Shown here piece by piece: positions 22,125 to 31,889 of a stretch of 59,378 nucleotides of DNA. This DNA comes from Phycisphaera sp. (GTDB lineage: Bacteria > Planctomycetota > Phycisphaerae > Phycisphaerales > Phycisphaeraceae). Position 1 is the stretch's first letter; the number at the start of each line of letters is the position of its first letter. The stretch lies in assembly GCA_023300125.1 (NCBI GenBank), contig JALZVY010000091.1, forward strand, positions 1-59,378, written 5' to 3'. Under the pieces are notes generated by a model, which saw nothing but the letters and a program-made list of their open reading frames with translations, ran no database searches and was not told the DNA's origin. A program made the translations under genes and the position numbers.

Positions 22125-22176
22125 GGGCGGAAACTCCGGGGGGGTGTACTTCGTTGTGTGTCGAATCGGGGGCGTT

Positions 22177-22821
22177 TTAGAAACGCTGGACGTAATAAAT
22201 GCGCTGTTCTTTGTCTTCGCCGACCAGGACGGCTTCTTCGCCTTTGTTCAAGACCGTGTCGGCGTCTCGGGTGCGGACGTTGAGTTTGAGCGGCGAGCCG
22301 GAGGTGGCGACCTCGGCTTGACCGAATCGCTCGTCGGCGGTGAGCGAGGCGATGGTGCAGCGGCGTCCCAGCAGCTTGGTGTTGTTTTCAGCTTCGGTGT
22401 CGCGTTCGATGCGGTCGAAGATGGCTTTGAGTGGAAGCGTGAAAACCTTGGTCAGCAGCAGGCCGCCGATGACCAGAGGAACGACCGCGATGAGTTGCAG
22501 CAGGGTGGCCCAGTGGCCCACCAGCGGCCAGGTGAGCACGCCCAGGGCCCACAGGCACATCAGGAAGACTGACCACAGGACCAAGATGGGCACGGCGCCG
22601 ATGTGAAAGAACTTCAAAATGCTGGCCGTGGCGCTGGTGGCCATGAGGCTGCTGTCGACCTCCATGTCCACATCGACATCGGTGTCTATATCGAAGTCGA
22701 GGCTGTCGAGCCCGACGGCGCCGATGAGCACGACCAGCCAATAGGCCATGGTGAGTGCAAGCAGCACCGAGAGCGTGAGGTTGACAGGGCTTTGGGTGCA
22801 AGCGGCGATGAAGTCGGCCAC
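22177..22821 (-). CDS. YqiJ/NfeD-like membrane protein with C-terminal OB fold
   Basis: TM helices, acidic DxDxD linker, GAVP motif, C-terminal GRRCTIAS...FGQAEV...LNVR...KGEEAVLV; GTG start with AAAGGA upstream. Confidence 0.8.
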   Translation of the reverse strand: MADFIAACTQSPVNLTLSVLLALTMAYWLVVLIGAVGLDSLDFDIDTDVDVDMEVDSSLMATSATASILKFFHIGAVPILVLWSVFLMCLWALGVLTWPLVGHWATLLQLIAVVPLVIGGLLLTKVFTLPLKAIFDRIERDTEAENNTKLLGRRCTIASLTADERFGQAEVATSGSPLKLNVRTRDADTVLNKGEEAVLVGEDKEQRIYYVQRF

Positions 22822-23048
22822 GGGGGCGGGGTCCTTTCGAATGCCGGGAAGACCCTTGAATGCGGGCGTTTTTCCCAGACTTGAGTTGATAGATCTAGCG
22901 TAACGCTCGCTTCGTCGCGGGGATGGGAAAGCCACCCCGCGGGTGTCGCGGGTGTGGGCAAAAAGTGCTCACCAATGGGCTGTGGGGTCAATCAGGTGGT
23001 GGGGGCCCTTAAAAAGCGTGGGGCCGTGCGTGGGTGGGTTGGAACGGA

Positions 23049-23477
23049 TTAGACCCAGACGGTGAGGAACAGCGCGTCTTCGCTGACCTTGCCCACGAGT
23101 TTACCGATGCTGCTGGTGGTGAACTTCACTTCGACTTCGGGGTGCTGTTCGAGCCACTCGTTGACGTGGTTGTCCATGTGGGCGATGGCTTCGAGGCGCA
23201 GCTTGGAGACGAAGGTTTTGCAGTGGGTGGCGCCCTTGCCGTCGGTGTTGGGGTTGCGGGTCCAGCGTTCTTGGTCGAGCCCGTCTTTGCGGCCGAGCAT
23301 GTGGATCTTGGATCCGCTCATGGCGTTGTCGTCGAGGTCGCTGTCGGTGATGTCGATGGGGGTGAGGTCGACGGCGCCCGGGTCTGGGGTTTTGGGGGGC
23401 GGGCCTTCGAGTTCATCGAAGTTCACGGGAATGGCGTTGTCGAGCAGTTTTCGGTCGCGGTCGTCGGCATGGGTCAC
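23049..23477 (-). CDS. Conserved-looking hypothetical protein
   Basis: GGAG-preceded GTG, strong codon bias; acidic N-terminus plus GATHCKTFVSKL...MDNHVNEWLEQHPEVEVKF domain. Confidence 0.75.
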   Translation of the reverse strand: MTHADDRDRKLLDNAIPVNFDELEGPPPKTPDPGAVDLTPIDITDSDLDDNAMSGSKIHMLGRKDGLDQERWTRNPNTDGKGATHCKTFVSKLRLEAIAHMDNHVNEWLEQHPEVEVKFTTSSIGKLVGKVSEDALFLTVWV

Positions 23478-23612
23478 GGAAGAACTCCAATCGGAAAATA
23501 AAAAAACGTAAGACATGAGCCCTGGGAGGGGGCGCCCGGGCGGGGATCCTTATTGAAGATATCGCGCAACCCCGTAAATACGAGGGGTTATTGTCGCGGG
23601 GTGGCTAGGCGG

Positions 23613-24065
23613 CTAGAGGCTGATGCGGAGGTGCCAGTCTGGGGCGTGGGGGCTGGGGCGCGATAGGGCCAGCACCAGGGCCCTGGTTGGGGTGTGAAGG
23701 GTGGCGTCGATGCGGGTGGGGGTCCAGTGGGCGATGTCGATCTGGCCACGGGCGGCGACTTCGACCCGGCCGCGGCCGCCGCTGAGCGGGCCGGACCAGT
23801 TGAGATAGCGGCGGCGGTGGGGCGGCAGCGCGTGGGCTTGAAGCTCGCCGGGGGCGGGCCAGTCGCTCCAGAGCAGGCCGATGCGGGCGGTCCACAGCTT
23901 CGGCGCGCTGGCGGGGCGATCTGCGTGGCCACTTGCGGGTCGACTTGCGGGTCCATTTGCGGGGATCGCGTCGGCCGCCGCGGGGGGCGGGTCGATGAGC
24001 CAGTCGTAGTGAAAGCCCTCTGGGGCGTGGTGGGCCAGCAGGGTGGTGGGGCGGGACACGGTCAT
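23613..24065 (-). CDS. LigD 3'-phosphoesterase (LigD_N)-like stand-alone domain
   Basis: HH...HYDWLI, LPPHRRRYLNWSGPLSGGRGRVEV..RG resembles HxDxxL / DHxxxYxxxEG / GxVxxxDxG. Confidence 0.6.
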   Translation of the reverse strand: MTVSRPTTLLAHHAPEGFHYDWLIDPPPAAADAIPANGPASRPASGHADRPASAPKLWTARIGLLWSDWPAPGELQAHALPPHRRRYLNWSGPLSGGRGRVEVAARGQIDIAHWTPTRIDATLHTPTRALVLALSRPSPHAPDWHLRISL

Positions 24066-24224
24066 GGCGGCATGCGGGGCGGCGTGTGGTGCGGTTGGGG
24101 GGCGGTCGCTCGGCCCGGTCGGTATCCTAGTGGGCGCACGGGCCGTGTTTGCTGATGGCGTGGCTTGTTGTTGCTGCTTTCTGCTTCACTTTTGACCGCG
24201 CGAGCCCCCCGGACGAACCCGATC

Positions 24225-24929
24225 ATGATGCCTGCCTGCCCTGCCCGCCGCTCTGCCACGTTTCTTGTCCACGCCGGGCTGCTGGCGAGCCTTACGCTGG
24301 CTGGTTGCCAGGCGAACGTGTCCAACCGATCCGCGGGCTTTGACAGCATGCGGGAAGGGGACACTGCCGCGGCGATCGAGTATTTCCAGAAATCGGTCGA
24401 CGCCCGGTCCACGGATTTTCAGTCCCAGTACTGGTTGGGGGTGAACTACCTGAACAGCGGTGACCCGCTGCGGGCTCAGGTGCCTTTGGAGCAGGCTTTG
24501 GCTTTGCGGACCGGCGACAGGTTGTGGACGCCGAAGATCGCGGACGCTTTGGCGGATTCGTACTACGGCCAGGATCAGGTCGAAAGGATGTATGACTTCT
24601 TGGACAACATGGTGAAGACCTACGGCCAGCAGTCGGGCGATTACATGCGTCAGGCCAAGTTCATGGGCTTGGTGGGGGACTCGGACGGGCAGAAGCTGGC
24701 CTTGGACAAGGCGGCTTTCTTTGCACCCGCCGGAGACATCAAGCCGTATCTGGCCCAGGCGGATTTTTATGAGGCGCACAACAACGTGCCCGCGGCGATC
24801 GAGGCATTGGGTTTTGCCTACTACAGCGATCCCAACGCCGAGGTGGTCAAAGACCGTCTGCGGGGCTTGGGGATCATTCCCGGACCCACGGTGGGCAAGG
24901 CCCCGGACAAGCCTGCGTTGATCGATTGA
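24225..24929 (+). CDS. TPR-repeat lipoprotein
   Basis: Lipobox LAGC; TPR-like helices (AAIEYFQKSV..., YWLGVNYL...A..PLEQAL). Confidence 0.8.
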   Translation: MMPACPARRSATFLVHAGLLASLTLAGCQANVSNRSAGFDSMREGDTAAAIEYFQKSVDARSTDFQSQYWLGVNYLNSGDPLRAQVPLEQALALRTGDRLWTPKIADALADSYYGQDQVERMYDFLDNMVKTYGQQSGDYMRQAKFMGLVGDSDGQKLALDKAAFFAPAGDIKPYLAQADFYEAHNNVPAAIEALGFAYYSDPNAEVVKDRLRGLGIIPGPTVGKAPDKPALID

Positions 24930-25004
24930 CCCCGCTCTGGGGGCCTGTTGTTCGTCGCCGGTGGGTGTCGGACGCCGCGTCTGGCTCTGTTCTCCGAGGA
25001 CTTC

Positions 25005-26345
25005 ATGGACATCGTGATCTGCGGCGCCGGCGAAGTCGGACGCCACTCGGCGGAGGTGTTGGCCCCTTTGGGGCACAACGTCACGTTGATCGACCAGAAC
25101 GCCGAGCGCCTTGCGCAGATCGACGACGCCGCGGATGTGCGCTCGTTGGTGGGCAGCGGCACGCGGGCGGATGTGCTGTCCGAGGCGGGCGCGGACAAGG
25201 CGGATTTGTTTATCGCCGCGACCGAGGTGGACGAGATCAACCTGCTTGCGGCGTCGATCGCCACGGCGATCGGCTGCGAACGCTCGATTGCCCGGGTGCA
25301 TCACTCGGTCTATTACGAGGGCAAGGGGCTGGACTATGCCAAGCACCTAGGGATCGATCACCTGGTGTGTCCTGAATACACCACGGCCCAGGCCATCGCC
25401 GCGACGCTGCGCTCGCCCGGGGCCCACGCGGTGGAGAAGTTTGCCCGCGGGGCGATCGAGCTGCTGCGGATCCGCGTGCCCGAGAAGGCCAAGGCGGTGG
25501 GCGTGCCGCTGTGTGATCTGAAACTGCCCGCGGCCAGCCGCGTGGCGGCGGTCGAGCGGGGGGACGTGGCGTTTTTGCCCAAGGCCCGCACCAAGGTGTT
25601 GGCGGGGGATCTGGTCACGATCATCGGCGAGACCAAGAGCTTGGAGAAGACGGTGAAGGTCTTCAAGCCCGACGCGGGGGGCCGGATGAGTGTGATGGTG
25701 ATGGGGGGGTCCACCCAGGGCGTGTGGCTGTGTCGCGAGCTGCGCAACCGCAATTTTTCGGTGCGTTTGTTTGTTCAGCGACCCGGCCGGGCGCAGGAAT
25801 TGGCCGAGAAGCTGCCGTGGGTCACGCTGATCAACGGCGACGTGATTAACTCGGACATTTTGATGGACGAGCGGGTGGACCAGGCCGACGCGTTTGTGGC
25901 CTGCACCGAGGATGAAGAGACCAATATTTTGGCGGCGGCGCGGGCCAAGAGCATGGGGGCCAAAAGTGCCACTGCGGTGCTTCAGCGCCCGACCTATTTG
26001 CACCTGATAGGGCACATCGGTTTGGACCACGCCTTTAGCCCGCGGGCCACGGCGGTGACCGAGATCGAGCGGTTGCTGGCGGGGCAGGCGGTGAGCGAGT
26101 TGGGGGTGATCGCTCAGGGCATCGCCAACGTGTACGAGATCCGCGTGCCGGGGATGGCCAAGCAGGTGATCGACGTGCCGCTGCGTGAGATCGCGCTGCC
26201 CGAGGGGGCGTTGATTGCCGCCATCTCGCGCGGGCAGCGGGCCTTTGTGCCCGGGGCCGATGACCGGGTGCAGGTGGGCGACACGGTGGTGGTGGTGGGG
26301 GCCCCCGATAGCCTCGATACGCTGCGCAAGTTATTTGGAGCGTGA
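25005..26345 (+). CDS. trkA: Trk potassium uptake NAD-binding subunit
   Basis: MDIVICGAGEVG, two RCK_N/RCK_C pairs; GAGG RBS. Confidence 0.93.
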   Translation: MDIVICGAGEVGRHSAEVLAPLGHNVTLIDQNAERLAQIDDAADVRSLVGSGTRADVLSEAGADKADLFIAATEVDEINLLAASIATAIGCERSIARVHHSVYYEGKGLDYAKHLGIDHLVCPEYTTAQAIAATLRSPGAHAVEKFARGAIELLRIRVPEKAKAVGVPLCDLKLPAASRVAAVERGDVAFLPKARTKVLAGDLVTIIGETKSLEKTVKVFKPDAGGRMSVMVMGGSTQGVWLCRELRNRNFSVRLFVQRPGRAQELAEKLPWVTLINGDVINSDILMDERVDQADAFVACTEDEETNILAAARAKSMGAKSATAVLQRPTYLHLIGHIGLDHAFSPRATAVTEIERLLAGQAVSELGVIAQGIANVYEIRVPGMAKQVIDVPLREIALPEGALIAAISRGQRAFVPGADDRVQVGDTVVVVGAPDSLDTLRKLFGA

Positions 26346-26398
26346 TCGATCCGAGGGCGTCTCCCTCTTGTTCATGACTGGGCTCAGGGCTGGATGGA

Positions 26399-28042
26399 AT
26401 GAACTACCGCTACGTCGCCTACCAATTAGGTCTGATTTTGCTGGTGCTGGCCGCCGCGCTGGGGCTGACCACCGGCGTGGAGCTGGTGGGCTTTGGCTGG
26501 GACGCGGGCGAGCGGCTGGCGGCGGCGGCCTTGGGCGGGGCCACGCTGGTGACGGGCCTGGTGGGTGCGGCGCTGTGGTACGGCGGGCGTGCCAAGGTGG
26601 CGGCCACGCTGCACCGCCGCGACGCGCTGCTGCTGGTGGCCCTGAGCTGGTTGCTGGGCGCGGGGCTGGCGGCCACGCCCTACTACGTGTGGGGGCAGCT
26701 GGGCGGGCCCAACCGGGTGGCCCAAGTGATGCAAGAGGGGGCCCAGGCGGGCCAGACGACTCAGGAGCGGGCGGCGGCTTTGACGGCGTTCGACCCGCCG
26801 CCGCCAAGGCACCCGTTTATGTCGCCCGTGGCGTGCTACTTCGAGGCCATGTCGGGGCTGACCACCACCGGGGCCACGGTGCTGGGCGGGGCGCCCAACG
26901 ACATCGTGTCGCTTCCCCACGGTCTGCTGCTGTGGCGGGCGCTCACCCACTGGCTGGGCGGTCTTGGCATCGTGGTGCTGTTTGTCGCGGTGCTGCCGAT
27001 GATTGGCGGCGGCGGCAAGCGCTTGTTTCAGGCCGAGGCGCCCGGGCCTCAGTCGCCGGGGGTGCGCCCGCGCATCCGCGAGACGGCGCGCGTTCTTTGG
27101 GTCATCTATCTGCTGATCACCCTGGCGGCGGTGGGCAGCTACCGGGCGGTGGGCATGGGGTGGTTTGACAGCTTCTGTCACGCGTTTTCGGTGGTCAGCA
27201 CCGGCGGGCTAAGCACCCGCGACGCGAGCATGGGCGCCTACGGATCGTTGGGGGTGGATGTCGTGAGCATGGTCTTCATGCTGCTGGCGGGGGTGAACTT
27301 TGGGCTGATGTTCCTTTTGGTGCGTGGGCGCTGGCGCGATGCGCTGGGAGACGAAGAGCTGCGGGTGTATCTGGCGCTGAAGCTGGTGGTGATCCTGATT
27401 GTGGCGGGCAATATCTACGGGCGTGAGATCGTCACCACCGCAGGGGCGACCGTGGAAGCGGGCGTGGGCGCGGCCCTGCGGTTCGCGGGCTTTCAGACGA
27501 TTGCGCTGCACACCGGCACGGGGTTTGTGACGGCGGACTACGGCCAGTGGCCGTTTCTCAGCCGGGCGCTGCTGGTGGGGTTGATGTTCATCGGCGGCTG
27601 CGCCGGGTCCACGGCGGGGGGGATCAAGGTCATCCGTTTCTGGATCACGCTCAAGGTGCTGGCGGCGTCGCTCGAACGGTCGTTTCGCCCGCGGGTGGTG
27701 CGACCGCTGCGCGTGGGCAAGACGGTGGTGGACGAGGACAACAAGCTGGGGGCCCTGACCTACTGCTTGTTTGTGTTGATCCTGGTGGCCGGGGGGGCGC
27801 TGCTCATCGGGGTGTTTGAGTCCAAGGGCGGCGAGACGGTTGATTTCTTGACCGCGGCCACGGCGAGCCTGTCCACGCTGGGCAACATCGGCCCGGGCTT
27901 CAACGGCGTAGGGGCCACGCAGAATTACGGGTGGTTTTCGTCGCCCTCGCTGGCGTTGATGAGCCTGCTGATGCTTCTGGGCCGGCTGGAAATCTACGCC
28001 TTCGCGGTGCTCTTTTTGCCGCGGTTCTGGCGGGGCGACTGA
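26399..28042 (+). CDS. trkH: Trk potassium channel membrane subunit
   Basis: FEAMSGLTTTGAT, HWLGGLGI, STGG, GGCAGSTAGGIK, LGNIGPG, GRLE motifs. Confidence 0.95.
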   Translation: MNYRYVAYQLGLILLVLAAALGLTTGVELVGFGWDAGERLAAAALGGATLVTGLVGAALWYGGRAKVAATLHRRDALLLVALSWLLGAGLAATPYYVWGQLGGPNRVAQVMQEGAQAGQTTQERAAALTAFDPPPPRHPFMSPVACYFEAMSGLTTTGATVLGGAPNDIVSLPHGLLLWRALTHWLGGLGIVVLFVAVLPMIGGGGKRLFQAEAPGPQSPGVRPRIRETARVLWVIYLLITLAAVGSYRAVGMGWFDSFCHAFSVVSTGGLSTRDASMGAYGSLGVDVVSMVFMLLAGVNFGLMFLLVRGRWRDALGDEELRVYLALKLVVILIVAGNIYGREIVTTAGATVEAGVGAALRFAGFQTIALHTGTGFVTADYGQWPFLSRALLVGLMFIGGCAGSTAGGIKVIRFWITLKVLAASLERSFRPRVVRPLRVGKTVVDEDNKLGALTYCLFVLILVAGGALLIGVFESKGGETVDFLTAATASLSTLGNIGPGFNGVGATQNYGWFSSPSLALMSLLMLLGRLEIYAFAVLFLPRFWRGD

Positions 28043-28079
28043 CCCGGGCATCGGGGCGGGGGGAAACTATACTGACGTC

Positions 28080-28631
28080 ATGCCCGTCACCGATTTCGAC
28101 ACCGTGAATGTTGACCTTCCTCCGATGACCGCGGCGGAGTCGTTCTTTTTGCCCGAGGTCTTTAAGGGGCTGGGCACAACCCTGCGGCACATCGTGGGTG
28201 CGGTGGGCGGATCGTCGCGCAAGGGCAACCGGGCGATGGAGTACCCCGAACAGCGGCGTGAAGACATGCCCGTCGAAGAGGGGGGCATGAACCTGGGCAA
28301 CTACCGCGGGGTGCACCGCCTGAACCGCGACGAAGACGGCCGGGTGCGCTGCGTGGCGTGTTTCATGTGTGCCACCGCCTGCCCGGCGAACTGCATCCAC
28401 ATTGAAGGCAAAGAGTCTCCTTGGGACGACCGCGAGAAGTACCCAGTGAAGTTTGACTTGGATGAGCTGCGCTGCATCTTCTGCGGCATGTGCGAAGAGG
28501 CCTGCCCGGTGGACGCGATCGAACTGACCCAGACCTACGACATCGTGGGCATGTCGCGGCAGGAGATGATCTTCGACAAGGAGAAACTCTTGGCGGTGTA
28601 CGACGCGACGGTCCAAGACAAGCCGATGTAG
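28080..28631 (+). CDS. nuoI: NADH-quinone oxidoreductase subunit I (2x[4Fe-4S])
   Basis: YPE..., YRGVHRL, CVACFMCATACP and CIFCGMCEEACPVDAI. Confidence 0.88.
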   Translation: MPVTDFDTVNVDLPPMTAAESFFLPEVFKGLGTTLRHIVGAVGGSSRKGNRAMEYPEQRREDMPVEEGGMNLGNYRGVHRLNRDEDGRVRCVACFMCATACPANCIHIEGKESPWDDREKYPVKFDLDELRCIFCGMCEEACPVDAIELTQTYDIVGMSRQEMIFDKEKLLAVYDATVQDKPM

Positions 28632-28671
28632 TGGGCTTGCCGGGGGGGCTGGCGGGCGATTGGGCGGATGC

Positions 28672-29610
28672 TTAGGCGGCGGTGAAGACGAGGTCGGTGG
28701 AGGTGTTGCGCCGTTTGACGAGGGTGATCTCGTTGCCTGCTGCGTTGTAGGACACCTCGTCCATAAAGGCTTGCATAAGCATGAAGCCGCGTCCCGAGGG
28801 GAGTACGAATTCGGCGTCCTCATCGGGCTCGTCGGCGGTGGCGGTGAGTTTGGAGGTGTCGAAGCCCGGCCCCTGGTCGCGAATGGTGATCCGCACCTCG
28901 TCTTGGGTCAGCATCTCGGTCACGCGCACGGTGCGCGAACGATACGGGGCCAGGGTGCGGCGCTCGGCGGCCAGGGCGTAGTAGTCTTCGACGCCGTGCT
29001 CGCGCAGCTTGGAGTCGAGTTCGAGGTTGCCGTGGTACATGGCGTTGCTCAATGCTTCTTCGACGGCCACGCCGATGCGGGCCCGCTCGGTTGAATCGCA
29101 CACGCAAAACATCGCCACGCTGTTTTGCAGCCGGGTGACCAAGGCCGGCAGCAGATCTGGGTCGCAGCCGATTTCGAAGATGCATTGGCTCTGGGTCATG
29201 CACCCCAGCAGCCGGCGGCGGGTGGCGTCGTTGCCCATGTCGCCCAATACGCGGGCGGCGCATTCCAAGACCTTGCGGGCGTGGCCGTCGCAGACGGCCA
29301 GCCCCGCGGCGCCCGCGGCCAGGGCCGCGGCCAACGCGTCGGCGTCCGCATCTGGGAGGGCGGTGACGAGCACCGGGGCGCGGCCGGGGGTGGCGGTGAG
29401 GTCTTTGAGTATCGCGCCACGATCGGCGGTGGCTAGCGACAATTCGACACAGACCAAATCGAAGCTGCGGATGACCGAGGCGTCGAGGTTGGCCAGCATC
29501 GTGGGGGTTGCCGAGGTGACGTCCCACCCACCGGGGGTGCTCAACTGAGCAGCGAGCGCTGTGGCGCGGTCGGGGGCATCTGCGGGCTGGATGAGCAGGA
29601 TCTGAGGCAT
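28672..29610 (-). CDS. Pseudo-receiver plus RsbW-like (HATPase_c_2) anti-sigma kinase
   Basis: EEALSNAMYHGN, IRDQGPGF, SGRGFMLM..FMDEV.YN..GNE; N-terminal REC-like region has FDLVCVE instead of the phospho-Asp. Confidence 0.8.
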   Translation of the reverse strand: MPQILLIQPADAPDRATALAAQLSTPGGWDVTSATPTMLANLDASVIRSFDLVCVELSLATADRGAILKDLTATPGRAPVLVTALPDADADALAAALAAGAAGLAVCDGHARKVLECAARVLGDMGNDATRRRLLGCMTQSQCIFEIGCDPDLLPALVTRLQNSVAMFCVCDSTERARIGVAVEEALSNAMYHGNLELDSKLREHGVEDYYALAAERRTLAPYRSRTVRVTEMLTQDEVRITIRDQGPGFDTSKLTATADEPDEDAEFVLPSGRGFMLMQAFMDEVSYNAAGNEITLVKRRNTSTDLVFTAA

Positions 29611-29874
29611 GGCAGAGAGGGGGGTGGGGGGGATAGGAGGCCTTGAACCGGTATCGACCGCGGATCTGCGGTTGTGCACGTTGGGCCTTCAGGTTGGGGC
29701 GTTGGGGGTCTTTCTGTGCGGGTTAGGCTGCAATCACCACAGGCCTGCCCTACACTCTGGTCCCGTGTACACGGCGACGAATCACGGGGCTCGGTGGAGT
29801 TTTGAACCCATGGGGTTTTCCCGCGTTGCCGCCGACCGTCCCTGCCCCTTAATCCCTGCCACGAGACCTTCGCG

Positions 29875-30390
29875 ATGAAAGCCGCCCTGCTCTACGGAAC
29901 CTGCACCGGCAAAACTGAAGCCGCCGCCGAACTGATCCGCGACGAATTCGCCGACGATTTTTTCGACACCTATGACGACATCGCTCAGGTTGGTGCCGAG
30001 GGCTTGGCTGGCTACGACTTTGTGATCTGCGGCGTGCCCACCTGGGATGTCGGTGAGATCCAGTACGACTGGCAAGACGTGATGGACGCGGTGGACTCGG
30101 TGGACCTCGCAGGCACCAAGGTGGCCATGTTCGGCATGGGCGATCAGGGGGGCTATCCCGACACCTACCAAGACGCCATCGGCATGGTCTACGAGAAGTT
30201 GCTGGAACGCGGCGCTGAGGGCAAGATCGGTTTCACCGAGACCGAAAGCCACGACTTCGAGGCGTCCAAAGGCTTGATTGACGGCAAGTTTTGCGGTCTG
30301 GCCCTGGACGACGACTGCCAGCCCGAACTGACCGAGCAGCGGGTGAAAGACTGGGCAGAGCAGCTGAAAAGCGAGTTGGGAATCGCCTAA
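29875..30390 (+). CDS. fldA: Long-chain flavodoxin
   Basis: YGTCTGKTE, GVPTWDVGE, FGMGDQ.GY, FCGLALD.DCQ. Confidence 0.9.
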   Translation: MKAALLYGTCTGKTEAAAELIRDEFADDFFDTYDDIAQVGAEGLAGYDFVICGVPTWDVGEIQYDWQDVMDAVDSVDLAGTKVAMFGMGDQGGYPDTYQDAIGMVYEKLLERGAEGKIGFTETESHDFEASKGLIDGKFCGLALDDDCQPELTEQRVKDWAEQLKSELGIA

Positions 30391-30516
30391 AGCCGGGGGT
30401 GGGTGCCCCGGTGGTGCACGTTCCCGAGGGCGTGAGCCGATGGAGACTGTAAAGGGACCTGGCAAGGCGGCCGGGTGTTGCGTCGCGTGGGGGGAAAGTT
30501 CTGAAAAGGTGTGAAC

Positions 30517-30723
30517 ATGGACGTTCAATGCGCGATTTACCTTAAAGAGGTCCTTGCGGGCCTCGAACAGGCTCACCGCTACGCGGTGTTGATGTATTAC
30601 GCCGACGATCTGAACGCCGAAGAAATCGGTCTGGTGCTTGATCTGCCGCGCCACCGCGTGCAGGACATCCTCGACGCGTTTCGTGTTGAGGTAGCGCGGC
30701 GGGTGGCTCAGGTTTCGGTGTGA
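30517..30723 (+). CDS. Stand-alone sigma-70 region-4-like HTH protein
   Basis: L...HRYAVLMYYADDLNAEEIGLVLDL....V resembles sigma region 4; AAGGTG RBS. Confidence 0.65.
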   Translation: MDVQCAIYLKEVLAGLEQAHRYAVLMYYADDLNAEEIGLVLDLPRHRVQDILDAFRVEVARRVAQVSV

Positions 30724-30995
30724 TCGCGTGCGGGGCTGAACGCCGCGCGTGCGGCAGCGCGGGGAGGAGTTTGACAGCCTTTCAACATCGTGGTGGCGGC
30801 ATGGGGCGGCATAAACGAAGCCTTGGGAGGTGAGTGGGCGCACGCGGGGGCGCCGGAGCGATGGAGGTAGGGTGGAGGTGTGGGCCTGAAGGCGATGGTG
30901 AACGAGGGCCGCCGGGGGCGATGCGGCGTGGGCTTGGTGTTGATAACGCACAAGTTATTTTTATTTAACCCTTTATAATTTTAACCGAGGATGCA

Positions 30996-31025
30996 TTGAC
31001 AGTCTCCAGAGCCAACCGATAGGAT
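30996..31025 (+). promoter_or_regulatory. Sigma70-type promoter with AT-rich upstream element
   Basis: TTGACA(30996)-18 bp-TAGGAT, preceded by an AT-rich tract at about 30955-30985. Confidence 0.55.
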
Positions 31026-31057
31026 GGGTTCTCCATGGTTTGAAATGCCCTGGCGCG

Positions 31058-31099
31058 CCTTCGTTTACAGGATCGGAGCCCTGTAGCGAAGGTTTTTTT
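31058..31099 (+). terminator. Intrinsic terminator
   Basis: ccttcgtttacagg...cctgtagcgaagg followed by a T7 tract. Confidence 0.7.
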
Positions 31100-31271
31100 G
31101 TGCGCATGGAGCGGTGATGGCGGGGGCTGCGCGGGGCTGATCGCCTTGAAACCGCAGTTTGCGACAGGTTTTCCACTTGACCGTGCGGGCGCGGCGGGAC
31201 TGCTGGGTGGTGCGGGGGATGGCCCGGTGTCGGGTTTGCGTGAAACCCGGTGGGCCGTGACACTGACAGGC

Positions 31272-31889
31272 TTGAACTTCTTGGCCCATCTTTATTTGGC
31301 TCAGCCCGGCCCCGGGTCGATGCTGGGCAATCTTCTGCCGGATCTGCACCGCGGGCGGCTGGACGTGGACGCTTTGGCGCCCGCGGTTCGGGCCGGGGTG
31401 CTTCGCCACCGCCGGGTCGACGCCTTTACCGACACCCATCCGGTGTTCGAGCGTTCCAGGGCCCGGCTGCGGGATGAGATGGGCCACTTCGCGGGGGTGG
31501 TGGTGGACGTGATCTACGACCACTGCCTTTCAGTGCATTGGAGCCGTTACCACCCCGAGCCCTTGGCGACGTTTATCGAGCAGTCGTATGTGGCGCTGCG
31601 GGCCGAGACCGGCGGGTTGACCCCGCGCACCCATGTGGTGCTGTCGATGCTCTGCGATGAAGACTGGATGACGCCCTACGGCACAGCCGAGGGGTTGGAA
31701 CATACCCTGAGGCGGCTTTCAGCCCGGGTGTTTGAGCGCTGCGGACGCCGCGTGCAGTTGGAGCTTGCGGCGCAGCAGATGGCTCAGCGCCCCGGCGATT
31801 TTTACGATGATTTTTCCGAGTTCTTCCCCGAGTTGATGGCGTACATCGGCGTGGACCACCGTGAGGCAGCGAGCCATGATGTTGAATGA
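31272..31889 (+). CDS. acpH: ACP phosphodiesterase (DUF479)
   Basis: (M)NFLAHLYLA, GNLLPD, HRRVDAFTD.HP, VVDVIYDHCL; TTG start. Confidence 0.85.
   Translation: MNFLAHLYLAQPGPGSMLGNLLPDLHRGRLDVDALAPAVRAGVLRHRRVDAFTDTHPVFERSRARLRDEMGHFAGVVVDVIYDHCLSVHWSRYHPEPLATFIEQSYVALRAETGGLTPRTHVVLSMLCDEDWMTPYGTAEGLEHTLRRLSARVFERCGRRVQLELAAQQMAQRPGDFYDDFSEFFPELMAYIGVDHREAASHDVE

Noticed and set aside
23931-23965. 12-bp tandem repeat (acttgcgggtcg-like x3)
   Set aside because: In-frame low-complexity linker (PASR/PASG) inside the LigD-like gene; ordinary slippage.
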